64,000 nt of DNA, taken from NCBI GenBank assembly GCA_041665485.1, contig JBAYIT010000002.1:261867-325866 (forward strand), given 5' to 3'. A program made the position numbers and the translations under genes. Below the pieces are notes generated by a model. It searched no databases and was not told the DNA's origin. It saw only the letters and a list, made by a program, of their open reading frames with translations. The stretch is from Candidatus Shapirobacteria bacterium. Its GTDB lineage: Bacteria > Patescibacteriota > Microgenomatia > UBA12405. Shown here piece after piece: positions 9,839-18,528 of the stretch; the first letter of the stretch is position 1; every line of letters begins with the position of its first letter.

Positions 9839-9891
9839 TAATCATACTATTAGTCGTTTACTAATCTAAGTTACTAGAAGCAATATAAAAA

Positions 9892-11169
9892 CTATTTTGC
9901 CAGATCGATTTCTTTTTCGTTGATATCGCCACAGATGGCAAGCAATGATCTGGCCGGATCGAGGTATTTGGTTGCTGTAGTTTTGACCAGGTCGCAATCG
10001 ACTTTCTCAAGATCTTTAGTGTATTCTTGAACTGTCCACGGTTTGTTACTGTCGATAAATTGTTTGTAGGCATGGAAATTTACGATTGATTCAGATGTTT
10101 GAAGGTTAAGTCGGCTTGATTTAATAATCTTGTTTTTTACAAACTCAAGTTCTTGTGTTGATAAACCAACTTCTGTCAGAGTAGTTAACTCTGACTCGAT
10201 TAATTCGATGACTTTTTGAAAGTTGGACTTGGAAGTTGCAGTTTGAAAACCCCATACACCACCGTCAAATAACTGGTCGTGCCATGAATTGATACCATAG
10301 ATCAAACCATTTTCGTAACGAAGTCGGGTAATTAGCTTTGAAGAGCGACTGGATGCTAAAGCTTGTATCATAATAGATAAGGCAGGATTTAAGGAATTAA
10401 AAATATTACCAGTCCTAAAGGCATAGGAAAAAGTGATTTGGTCGTTTTGGCTAAACTTTTCAATCAGTACTCTTTTTTTTTGGTTTATCTCTAAATCTTT
10501 TTTGGGAGTTTTGATAATAAACTTTATCGATTCCAAAAATGCGAATTCATTTTTGATTACATCAATTGAAATGTCGCCACTGGTGACAAGAACCATCTGA
10601 CCAGTTAGTATATTATTCTGATAATAAAATAGGATGTCTTCTTTTTTAATACTTTTAATTGACTCCTCTGTTCCCAAAGTTGATCTGCCTAAAATGGTGT
10701 TTTGAAAAAATAGCTGACGATTTACGGTACCAATTGCCTTACTAGGATTTGATTTTCGATCAGAAAGTTCACGGTAGATTGCTTGGCGTTCGTTTTCAAT
10801 TATCTTATCTTCAAAGATCGGATTAAAGATTATTTCTTTTAGGACTTCCGAGGCAATGGGGATGTCGTGGGGATCACCAAGAGACAAATTGATGGTTAAA
10901 TTATCCATGCCAGTGACGGCACCAAGAATTCCGCCATTATTTTCAACGTAAGAAGCCAGTTTGTCTTTGGATGGATGTTTTTTAGTACCAGCTACCAATA
11001 GATGTTCTAAAAAATGAGAAGAACCTTCAATATCGTCAAATCGGGAGCCAGCAAAAAAAAGGCATCGTATGGCCAATGGTGCGCCACTTCGACGAAAATT
11101 AACAATTTTAATACCGTTTTTTAATTTGACTGTTTCGAGAGAAAGATTAAGATCACTTAATTTAAGCAT
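9892..11169 (-). CDS. M16 family zinc metallopeptidase (pitrilysin/insulinase-like, HxxEH motif)
   Basis: 425 aa containing GSSHFLEHLLVAGT, the inverted zinc-binding motif HFLEH of the M16 family. A TGCTATTAT extended -10 lies 10 nt upstream of the ATG. Confidence 0.75.
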   Translation of the reverse strand: MLKLSDLNLSLETVKLKNGIKIVNFRRSGAPLAIRCLFFAGSRFDDIEGSSHFLEHLLVAGTKKHPSKDKLASYVENNGGILGAVTGMDNLTINLSLGDPHDIPIASEVLKEIIFNPIFEDKIIENERQAIYRELSDRKSNPSKAIGTVNRQLFFQNTILGRSTLGTEESIKSIKKEDILFYYQNNILTGQMVLVTSGDISIDVIKNEFAFLESIKFIIKTPKKDLEINQKKRVLIEKFSQNDQITFSYAFRTGNIFNSLNPALSIMIQALASSRSSKLITRLRYENGLIYGINSWHDQLFDGGVWGFQTATSKSNFQKVIELIESELTTLTEVGLSTQELEFVKNKIIKSSRLNLQTSESIVNFHAYKQFIDSNKPWTVQEYTKDLEKVDCDLVKTTATKYLDPARSLLAICGDINEKEIDLAK

Positions 11170-11318
11170 ATATATGACAATAATAGCATTTGTGTGTGAA
11201 GAGCGGGAGGAATTGGAATAAAATTTTGTTTTGTTTTTTTTATTTTTGTTCCTCCCGCCCAGCGGGAGGAGTGCTTGGAATTTCTCCCAAACACTCCAAC
11301 CGTTACGGGTTGACCAGA

Positions 11319-11462
11319 CTAGCCTTCGTAGCTACCTGAGTCGTAGCTGCTGTCGCTGTCGCCGGCGCTTGAACCATCGCTCGATGGACCATTGCCCATA
11401 TCAGAGCCGGTATCGCCATCGCCTGGATCACATGCCATCAAAAACTTGTGAAGCTTGTACAT
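11319..11462 (-). CDS. Small acidic Asp/Ser/Gly-rich protein (47 aa), not in the ORF track
   Basis: Minus-strand ATG (rc of 11460-11462) preceded by AAAAGGAGAAAATC, a strong GGAG Shine-Dalgarno at 6-nt spacing that is rare in this window. Translation is MYKLHKFLMACDPGDGDTGSDMGNGPSSDGSSAGDSDSSYDSGSYEG* with a TAG stop. Upstream lie a TTGTAA-16-TAGAAT promoter and a ~190-nt leader. Confidence 0.4.
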   Translation of the reverse strand: MYKLHKFLMACDPGDGDTGSDMGNGPSSDGSSAGDSDSSYDSGSYEG

Positions 11463-11690
11463 GATTTTCTCCTTTTACTGGACTTGTGGTTTGATCGATC
11501 AACGAGATACTGAGGTGTGGTTTCTTGGTTGTTTTTTATCTTTCGATAAACAACTCCTTTCTGGGTTTAACCCGATTGTAAAAGAACCTTTGTCGTTTTG
11601 CATGCTGAGCGTTTTCAGTTGCACGACATCATATTCTACCATAAGATACGTAATTTACAATATATCTGGTTAGTATGTATCGTGTATGTA

Positions 11691-12515
11691 TTACTTAATC
11701 CCGTAATGGTCGAAAAATATTTCCATCGGAGAACGAAAAGATAAAACTCGGAGTGGAAAACAATCAACAAGTTGGTTTAGGTCGTTAGCTTTAGGTAATG
11801 ATTCTTGGAATTGTCGATATCTTTCTATGTTTACACCTCCATCATTGGACAAAAATTGTCCCCAAAGAGAATTGCTGCGAAAATTTAATTCAGGAGGTCG
11901 GACGGTTGTAGCATTATCAACGAAAGCAGATGGTAACGAGGCTATGACCCCTGGAAAGCTATTCATCCAAGAAACTAAAGTTACCCATTTAGGATTAAAT
12001 GAATTGTTGTTTTGAATTCGATTGCGGACAGATTGAAATAATCTAGTTAAATCTTGGATTCTATCCGATGTAAATTGCCTTGAAAAATCACTTTTGGGTT
12101 GACCTCGACGCTGGTTTACGAAATGTATTTCTACTTTTTGGTCGCCGGTTGGTCGGTCAATTGCCAGTTTTTGGACAAAGCTTCCAAAATATTCACCCTC
12201 AAATTGATTCGATTTGTCGTTATATATACTGTGAGGCTGTCTAGTATAAAATTGCCAAGTTTGATCGGTGGTGTCTTGATCTTCCGACAGTCCTTTGGCA
12301 AATTCGATCCATTTTGGGTCGGATCCTTTTGAAGATGGATTTCTGCCAACCAAATGACGGTATATAACTGTATAGTTGAGAATGGAACTCTGAATATCGG
12401 GTGACAATCCTAATTGTAATACTCTGTCTGCAAAAGATGTTTGTGCTTGAAAATAACCTTTTGAATACACGTAAAGTGTCGGTTGATACAATTCTATTTC
12501 TGAACTTTTGGACAT
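11691..12515 (-). CDS. Hypothetical protein (no recognisable motif)
   Basis: ORF track 11691-12530. The start is moved to the ATG at M6 (MSKSSEIELYQ...) because a TGATACAAT extended -10 (rc of 12521-12529) lies 5 nt upstream, implying a leaderless transcript. Confidence 0.5.
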   Translation of the reverse strand: MSKSSEIELYQPTLYVYSKGYFQAQTSFADRVLQLGLSPDIQSSILNYTVIYRHLVGRNPSSKGSDPKWIEFAKGLSEDQDTTDQTWQFYTRQPHSIYNDKSNQFEGEYFGSFVQKLAIDRPTGDQKVEIHFVNQRRGQPKSDFSRQFTSDRIQDLTRLFQSVRNRIQNNNSFNPKWVTLVSWMNSFPGVIASLPSAFVDNATTVRPPELNFRSNSLWGQFLSNDGGVNIERYRQFQESLPKANDLNQLVDCFPLRVLSFRSPMEIFFDHYGIK

Positions 12516-12739
12516 GACATATTGTATCAAATATCCTGTGGTTACGTAGATATTTTTAAGTTATCTGTCTTCCCAACCAAATCCATAATCTCGACAAACA
12601 TTTAGTAGTAACAATGGTTACTACCGGTAATTATATACTGGATTATAACCTTCCTCCTTCCTTAGGCTAACAAACTGAGGAAAAGGGGAGTAGATATTCC
12701 TTATCAAATTATATAGAGAAAAGAAAAATCATTTCACCC

Positions 12740-12788
12740 CCAAATCAAGCAGGAAAATATGTACATATTGACTGTGTATTAAATATCA
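12740..12788 (-). promoter_or_regulatory. Copy 2 of the conserved ~49-nt element (palindrome ATATGTACATAT + TTGATTTGGGGG)
   Basis: Direct comparison with 9790-9838. It lies in the intergenic region upstream of the 11691-12515 gene. Confidence 0.6.
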
Positions 12789-12801
12789 ATTCCCCACTTT
12801 T

Positions 12802-13119
12802 TTACCCACTAGCCAAAGTGTAATACCTATCCTCCAAATCTTGTGGCAACATCGCCACCGGCTCAATTAACACATTATATTTATTGCCAATCATTGCCAT
12901 TTTTACCCGATCGTCATATCTGTCTTTTATATTTTTAGAAATTACACAAACATCAATATCACTGTCTCTTGTTTGTTTGCCCTTAGCCCACGACCCAAAC
13001 AAAACACACCTCGCATCAGCACAGCCACTTTCCCTAATATCTTTTTTAAACAATTGCAGCATTTTTATTATTTTTTTAAAATTTGCCCTTTCAACCGCCT
13101 TTTTCTTTTCCATAACCAA
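12802..13119 (-). CDS. Minimal nucleotidyltransferase (MNT/Pol-beta superfamily) domain protein, antitoxin-like, no HEPN partner in cis
   Basis: 105 aa with GSWAKGKQTRDSDIDVCV, the GS...DxD nucleotidyltransferase signature. Confidence 0.65.
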   Translation of the reverse strand: MVMEKKKAVERANFKKIIKMLQLFKKDIRESGCADARCVLFGSWAKGKQTRDSDIDVCVISKNIKDRYDDRVKMAMIGNKYNVLIEPVAMLPQDLEDRYYTLASG

Positions 13120-13176
13120 TTATCTCTTATTTCTTATCTCTTACTGCACCCGTCTACTGACGGGTCTCTTATTTCT

Positions 13177-13185
13177 TAGTATAAT
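13177..13185 (+). promoter_or_regulatory. TAGTATAAT -10 element 6 nt upstream of the glycosyltransferase ATG (leaderless-type promoter); preceded by the hairpin ACCCGTC-TACTG-GACGGGT (13147-13165)
   Basis: Read directly from the sequence. Confidence 0.5.
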
Positions 13186-13191
13186 CATCCC

Positions 13192-14406
13192 ATGTCCCAC
13201 AAACGCAATATCTTAATGATCTGCCCCTATCTACCCCGCCTCTCCCAATCCGGTGGCCAAAGAAGTTCCTATTATTCAATCAAATATCTGGCTCCAAAAA
13301 ATAAAATCACTCTCATTTGTTTTAGTCGCGACGAAGACGGCCTGAAAGACATAAAACAGTTTTGTCACAAGGTTATCGTCGTCAAACGGGGAAAAACCTG
13401 GGACCTAAAAAAAGTTCTCATGGCCGCTTTTAGTCCTTACCCCTTCCTGGTTGTCAACTACATTAGCCAGGAACTAAAAACAACTATTCAAAACGAGCTC
13501 GATCACCACCATTTCGACCTCATTCACTGTGACTGTTTCTACCCTATGCCCAATATTCCCAAAACCGAGGTTCCCATCGTTTTAGTCGATCTTACCATTG
13601 AATATTCTGTTTATCAGCACTTTGTTGAAAGCCTTAAAGGTATTAAAAAACTCCTCACTCCCATTCTTCAGCTTGATGTTCTTAAATTAAAATATTGGGA
13701 AACCCATTATTGGAAAAATTCCCACACCGTTGTTGCCTTTGGTCAGGACGATCAAAAAATTATTTCTCAAGTCACCGGCCGAAAAGACATTCAATATTTC
13801 CAAAACGGTGTCGACCAGAAATATATTGATGCTTCCATTAAAACCCCAAAAACTAAAAAGCCATCCATTCTTTTTGGTGTTTCCAACATGAAGTGGATGC
13901 AAAACAGCGAATCAGTTGACCTAATTCTTAAAAAATACTGGAGTAAAATCAAAAAACAAATTCCTGCCTGCCAGCTCTATATTGTTGGCCGGTTTGCTCC
14001 GGAATTCTTTGGTAAATACCAGTCAAAAGATATCATAGTCACCGAAGCTGATATTGATGGAGAAGCCCACGATCCTCAGTTTTATTACCAGCAAAGTTGG
14101 CTTTTGCTCGCCCCCATGGCCAGTGGCGGCGGCACCCGCAATAAATTCCTCGAAGCCATGGCCTTTAGTCTCCCCATCATTACCACCAAAGACGGCATGG
14201 GTGGCATAAACATTGAAAATTATCGTCACGCCATTGTTTGTCCGGAAAAGGACATTGTCAAAAATGTCGTTAAACTGGTTAAAAATAAAAAGTATCGTGG
14301 GCAAATAGGGGATGATGCCAAAAAGTTAATCGCCGATAAATACAGCTTTGAAAAATGTGTTGAAGGCCTAAACCAAATCTACGACTCCATCACCACCAAT
14401 ATCTAA
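13192..14406 (+). CDS. Glycosyltransferase family 4 (GT-B, group 1)
   Basis: 404 aa. C-terminal GGTRNKFLEAMAFSLPIITTKDGMGG matches the GT1/GT4 EX7E-type motif region. Confidence 0.7.
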   Translation: MSHKRNILMICPYLPRLSQSGGQRSSYYSIKYLAPKNKITLICFSRDEDGLKDIKQFCHKVIVVKRGKTWDLKKVLMAAFSPYPFLVVNYISQELKTTIQNELDHHHFDLIHCDCFYPMPNIPKTEVPIVLVDLTIEYSVYQHFVESLKGIKKLLTPILQLDVLKLKYWETHYWKNSHTVVAFGQDDQKIISQVTGRKDIQYFQNGVDQKYIDASIKTPKTKKPSILFGVSNMKWMQNSESVDLILKKYWSKIKKQIPACQLYIVGRFAPEFFGKYQSKDIIVTEADIDGEAHDPQFYYQQSWLLLAPMASGGGTRNKFLEAMAFSLPIITTKDGMGGINIENYRHAIVCPEKDIVKNVVKLVKNKKYRGQIGDDAKKLIADKYSFEKCVEGLNQIYDSITTNI

Positions 14407-14430
14407 GATCTAGGATCTAAGAACTAAGAT

Positions 14431-14931
14431 CTAATTCCTCAGTGTTACTCTCGATTCAAAAACCTTACTAACAAAATCTTTGACCCCGCCACTGGCATTA
14501 CCCGCGCTCAATACAAATTTCACCACTATTCCCGACACTGGCCCTAGCGCCCCGTTCTCACATCTCACAAACTCATCACATCCCGACAATATTACCTCCC
14601 CTCCGGTTAATTTGGCCGAATTTGAAGCTACCCTTCCGGCATTATCACATTTGAGGAGTGTTTCCTCGCCGTCCCTAACACTATCAAAACTTAAGCTACT
14701 GCCCACCCCAACAGGGCAAACCACCGTCTCCTTATTGGCATTAAGTAAATTTTTTCTAATTTCTTCCAAAGCATAATTGCCGTTAGCCGACAATAAATCA
14801 GTCATCCTAGTTAAGTTTCTGGCCTGCAGGCTACTAAGTAAAATTCCCGTCACCGCCACCATCATCAATCCAATTATCCCCGTCACCACCACCATTTCAA
14901 TCAGTGTAAATCCCCGCCTATTTTTTTTCAT
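14431..14931 (-). CDS. Type IV (pseudo)pilin, prepilin-type N-terminal cleavage/methylation domain
   Basis: MKKNRRGFTLIEMVVV, a class III signal with G-F-T-L-I-E. Confidence 0.8.
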   Translation of the reverse strand: MKKNRRGFTLIEMVVVTGIIGLMMVAVTGILLSSLQARNLTRMTDLLSANGNYALEEIRKNLLNANKETVVCPVGVGSSLSFDSVRDGEETLLKCDNAGRVASNSAKLTGGEVILSGCDEFVRCENGALGPVSGIVVKFVLSAGNASGGVKDFVSKVFESRVTLRN

Positions 14932-14979
14932 TTTTTAAAATTTAGAATTTAAAGTTGTTTAGAAATTAGAAATTGGAAA

Positions 14980-15390
14980 TTAGAAATTTTTACTGAAAAA
15001 CCTCTTAACTTCTAAATAATTATCTTTTTTGTCTGTCCAACTTACTCCCACCGTTGCTTCAACACAGTCAGTCACTCCGATATTGCAACTCGGGCTAGCG
15101 CTGGACAAGGAAAAACCTATCGAATAAGTGTAATTATTAAAACTACTCATTGTTTGGGAACTAACTTCGTTCAATTGCCAAAAAATCGCCGGATTATTGG
15201 TTTTATCGTTAATTAAATTTTCCATTACCGTTTCTGCCAATCTCGTTGCCTTTTTTCTCGCCAACCCCTGGCTTCGAGCCGATACCGACATCAACAGAGC
15301 AATCACGGCCCCGGTTAAAAACAACACAATTATCACCACCGAAAATACCACCTCCACCAAACTCTGTCCTTTGTCTTTATTGGCCATCAA
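14980..15390 (-). CDS. Type IV minor pilin-like protein
   Basis: MMANKDKGQSLVEVVFSVVIIVL, with G-Q-S-L-V-E. Confidence 0.65.
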   Translation of the reverse strand: MMANKDKGQSLVEVVFSVVIIVLFLTGAVIALLMSVSARSQGLARKKATRLAETVMENLINDKTNNPAIFWQLNEVSSQTMSSFNNYTYSIGFSLSSASPSCNIGVTDCVEATVGVSWTDKKDNYLEVKRFFSKNF

Positions 15391-15865
15391 TTAGTCCATT
15401 AGAACTAATAACCACCGTCGCTGTTGTTCCCATTCCCGAAGTCACCGTTACGGTATAAGAATTTCCAAAATCAACCACTTTTCCTGCTCCATCAATCATC
15501 ACTAATTTAGTTTCATATGGCAAAAATAATATTCTTCCACTCGGTGTCTGGCTTATAGTAACTCCTTCCTGTGTCACATCTTTACTTACATAAGTAACCG
15601 CCTCTGAGTCATCAACCGCCAGAATTAACCCATTAGTCGCTATCGTCACCGCCACGTAATTAATTTCTCTATTTGTTGGCCCCTTGGCTGTTCTGGCCGC
15701 ATTCCTTGCTAGTCTTAAACTGGCCACCAACTCATCTCTGGCTGTCACTACTTTTTGTTTTTCGTTAAAAGTATTTAAAGCCACCCCGCCCCCTCCCGCC
15801 AGCACCATGATCAATGCCGTCACCACCACCAATTCAATCAAACTCATTCCTTTTCTTCTTTTCAC
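15377..15865 (-). CDS. Type IV pilin-like protein
   Basis: MKRRKGMSLIELVVVTAL. Confidence 0.75.
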   Translation of the reverse strand: MKRRKGMSLIELVVVTALIMVLAGGGGVALNTFNEKQKVVTARDELVASLRLARNAARTAKGPTNREINYVAVTIATNGLILAVDDSEAVTYVSKDVTQEGVTISQTPSGRILFLPYETKLVMIDGAGKVVDFGNSYTVTVTSGMGTTATVVISSNGLIDGQ

Positions 15866-15903
15866 TTTTTGGACTTTCTAACTTTCTAACTTTTTGGACT
15901 AAA

Positions 15904-16275
15904 TTATGGGTTCGTCACCCGATAGTTATATCCACCTCCATAATCTCCCGTCGTCGACCCCACATCCTCCATCGTTGCATCCAAAGTGTAGACATAACCG
16001 CCACCAGAATAAAGATAACTTCCACCTTTTGGATCTTTCGGCAGTGCCTGAATATAATCCGGCACCAAGCGATCATCATCACTTGGATAAGTCACTCCTA
16101 CTTGTCTAATCATCTCCAGCGCCACTCTAATTTTTTCCAAATCGGCCATTCTTCTCGAATCCCGGCCCCTCTTCCCCGCCCCGGCAAAGCTAACCGACAC
16201 TAGTGCCGTAATCACCGCCATAATTGTTATCACCACCACCAATTCAATCAAACTAAACCCTCTTTTGCTTTTCAC
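15904..16275 (-). CDS. Type IV pilin / GspG-like pseudopilin
   Basis: MKSKRGFSLIELVVVITIMAV...RDSRRMADL, a GspG/PilA-type motif. GTG start. Confidence 0.8.
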   Translation of the reverse strand: MKSKRGFSLIELVVVITIMAVITALVSVSFAGAGKRGRDSRRMADLEKIRVALEMIRQVGVTYPSDDDRLVPDYIQALPKDPKGGSYLYSGGGYVYTLDATMEDVGSTTGDYGGGYNYRVTNP

Positions 16276-16304
16276 CTTATAAACTTTATAAACTTTTAAC
16301 TTGT

Positions 16305-16730
16305 TTATTGTTGACTCTTAACACAAAAATAATTCTTTAATCCTGCCGATCTAAAACCACATACTGAATTCGCCGCATTCCCTTTACCCGCTTCTTCCAA
16401 CAGGGCACAAACACAGTAAATACCATCGGGAAAATTCGAAGTATAAACATAGTCACCACTATTTTTTGGATCAACCGGAAAATTATACATTATCGCCGTC
16501 CCGCTTGCCTCTGCCCAAGGCATCGTTATACTTGTTGGATAGGTGTAATTGTTAGCCGAATAATATTGTTCCGCCGCTTTTTGAATCGTGTTCATGTCGG
16601 TCACTCTCCGCGAATCCCTCGCCTTCTTTTGGGCGCTGGAAAATGAAAACGCCACCACCGCCGTCAAAATTCCAATAATCGAAATACTTACTAATAATTC
16701 AAATAACGTAAACCCATTCTTTCTTTTCAC
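16305..16730 (-). CDS. Type IV pilin-like protein
   Basis: MKRKNGFTLFELLVSISIIGILTAV...ARDSRRVTDM. GTG start. Confidence 0.8.
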   Translation of the reverse strand: MKRKNGFTLFELLVSISIIGILTAVVAFSFSSAQKKARDSRRVTDMNTIQKAAEQYYSANNYTYPTSITMPWAEASGTAIMYNFPVDPKNSGDYVYTSNFPDGIYCVCALLEEAGKGNAANSVCGFRSAGLKNYFCVKSQQ

Positions 16731-16763
16731 TTTATAAACTTTATAAACTTGTAACTTTATAAA

Positions 16764-17210
16764 CTAATTCCCGCATACAACATATAAATTAGTCTCCACT
16801 GTCAATCCAATCCCACAAACCTTGTGAGTTGCATCCTGGCAGTTAAGTTGCGATCGACTATTGTCTCCGCCCACCTCTCCTCCCAGCCCCACACACAGCT
16901 GAAATCCATCACCACCGTTAATCTGGCTATAAGTAAAACCGATTTGGCCAATATTAGGTAAATAAGGGGTTAGTGTCGCCCCGACATCAACACTGGAAAG
17001 GGGATAACCTTGGGTATCATTATAAAACATTCTTAGGGCATTCTTCACTGCCACCAGGTCTTCTTTCTTCTTGGCATCTTCTGCTCTTTGTCTTGCTCCC
17101 ATAAAGTTTGGCAACAAAATCGCACTTAAAACCGCAATAATCGATATTGCCACCAACAACTCCACCAACGTAAACCCTCGTCTATGTTTGATTAGTTTTA
17201 AAAATTTCAA
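16764..17210 (-). CDS. Type IV pilin-like protein
   Basis: ...KHRRGFTLVELLVAISIIAVLSAILLPNF. Confidence 0.8.
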   Translation of the reverse strand: MKFLKLIKHRRGFTLVELLVAISIIAVLSAILLPNFMGARQRAEDAKKKEDLVAVKNALRMFYNDTQGYPLSSVDVGATLTPYLPNIGQIGFTYSQINGGDGFQLCVGLGGEVGGDNSRSQLNCQDATHKVCGIGLTVETNLYVVCGN

Positions 17211-17254
17211 ATTAAAAATTGATTAAAAATTAAAAATTTCAAATTAAAAATTTT

Positions 17255-17767
17255 CTATTCAAGTTCCCCAGTACTTGAATTTAATCTCGCATTGGGGCTG
17301 GTTATTGCAAAACAATAATCATGTGTCCCGCATTTATCCTGATACAACGGCAAACCATCCTTTAGATGGCAATCCGAATCAGCCGTATTCTCCAACATCG
17401 TATAAATAGCAAATTTAGTCGGGTTAGTATCATCAACTTCATAGCAATAGGGAGCCCAACCACTTCGGCTTTCTCTGGGCATTACTTTCATATAAATATA
17501 TTGCTGATCATCCTTAAACTCATTCGCTTCCCCCGGACTCATCACCAACAGGGAGTTTATCGCCGATTTTTTTGGAAATTTGTTGTAATCGGCATAATAC
17601 ATTAACAATGCCTTACTTACTGAGTTTATGTCACCCTTTCTTTGGGCATCTCTTGCCTTCTTCCTGGCTGTTTCAAATTGCGACACCGTAATCACTGTCA
17701 AAATCGAGATAATCGCAATCACCACCAACAACTCCACCAACGTAAACCCTCTTCTTTTTTTATTCAT
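17255..17767 (-). CDS. Type IV pilin-like protein
   Basis: MNKKRRGFTLVELLVVIAIISILT. Confidence 0.8.
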   Translation of the reverse strand: MNKKRRGFTLVELLVVIAIISILTVITVSQFETARKKARDAQRKGDINSVSKALLMYYADYNKFPKKSAINSLLVMSPGEANEFKDDQQYIYMKVMPRESRSGWAPYCYEVDDTNPTKFAIYTMLENTADSDCHLKDGLPLYQDKCGTHDYCFAITSPNARLNSSTGELE

Positions 17768-17852
17768 CTTTTAAAACTTAGAACTTAAAATTTTCCAAAT
17801 TCGTTAATTCTAGATTCGTAGATTCTTGATTCATCATATACCAAATCTCTAC

Positions 17853-18524
17853 CTAGTTACAACCATCAGGCTCACCATCGCCGTTATTGTCACCACCGCC
17901 TCCACAGCAGTCAGTTTGGCAAAAAGGCGAACAGGCATCATCAGCGTAACAGGATTCACCCAAGCATCCAACCGCAACATGGCCACAACCCAAACCCCGC
18001 TTAATGTAGCATTGTGGCACTCCTTCCTGGTCGCCCGATCCGCCAAGTGTCCGCTTGCACCCCGCCAAGTCATACCACAATACATTGGTACTGGAAACAC
18101 CATAATTATAAGTCTTGTCTTCTCTTCCCGCCGGAATATCGGCGTCCTTTTTATTGTCAAGTTTAGTCAGAACCTTAAACCACTGGGGAAAGCTGTTTTC
18201 CTCCACCATTATTTTGTAAGGATTACCATGTGGGTCGCAGGGCCAACTATTTAGCCACGGAGCAAAAATACCGGTTCCGCAATTAGCTCTATCCATCAGC
18301 TTGTTCACTAAAAAATCAGGAGCTGAATTATTGGGAAAAGTTTTTTTATCATTTCTATATTCTTCAAAAGCCACTCTTATTCGGCTCAAATCTTTTTTCA
18401 TCCGGGCGTCAGTCCCTCTTTGTATCATCGCAATCGGGTTAATTGTCATCACCATAATCACCATCATGATCGCCAAAATCGCTATCACAATCATTATCTC
18501 CACCAAACTAAACCCCTTTCTCAT
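17853..18524 (-). CDS. Type IV pilin-like protein with Cys-rich / Gly-Asp-rich C-terminal tail
   Basis: MRKGFSLVEIMIVIAILAIMMV. C-terminus CGHVAVGCLGESCYADDACSPFCQTDCCGGGGDNNGDGEPDGCN. Confidence 0.75.
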   Translation of the reverse strand: MRKGFSLVEIMIVIAILAIMMVIMVMTINPIAMIQRGTDARMKKDLSRIRVAFEEYRNDKKTFPNNSAPDFLVNKLMDRANCGTGIFAPWLNSWPCDPHGNPYKIMVEENSFPQWFKVLTKLDNKKDADIPAGREDKTYNYGVSSTNVLWYDLAGCKRTLGGSGDQEGVPQCYIKRGLGCGHVAVGCLGESCYADDACSPFCQTDCCGGGGDNNGDGEPDGCN

Positions 18525-18528
18525 ATCT

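Noticed and set aside
11231-11673. ORF-track plus-strand ORFs 11231-11464 and 11455-11673
   Set aside because: The arbitrary Arg/Cys-rich translations overlap the promoter, leader and minus-strand small-peptide gene. There is no start context.
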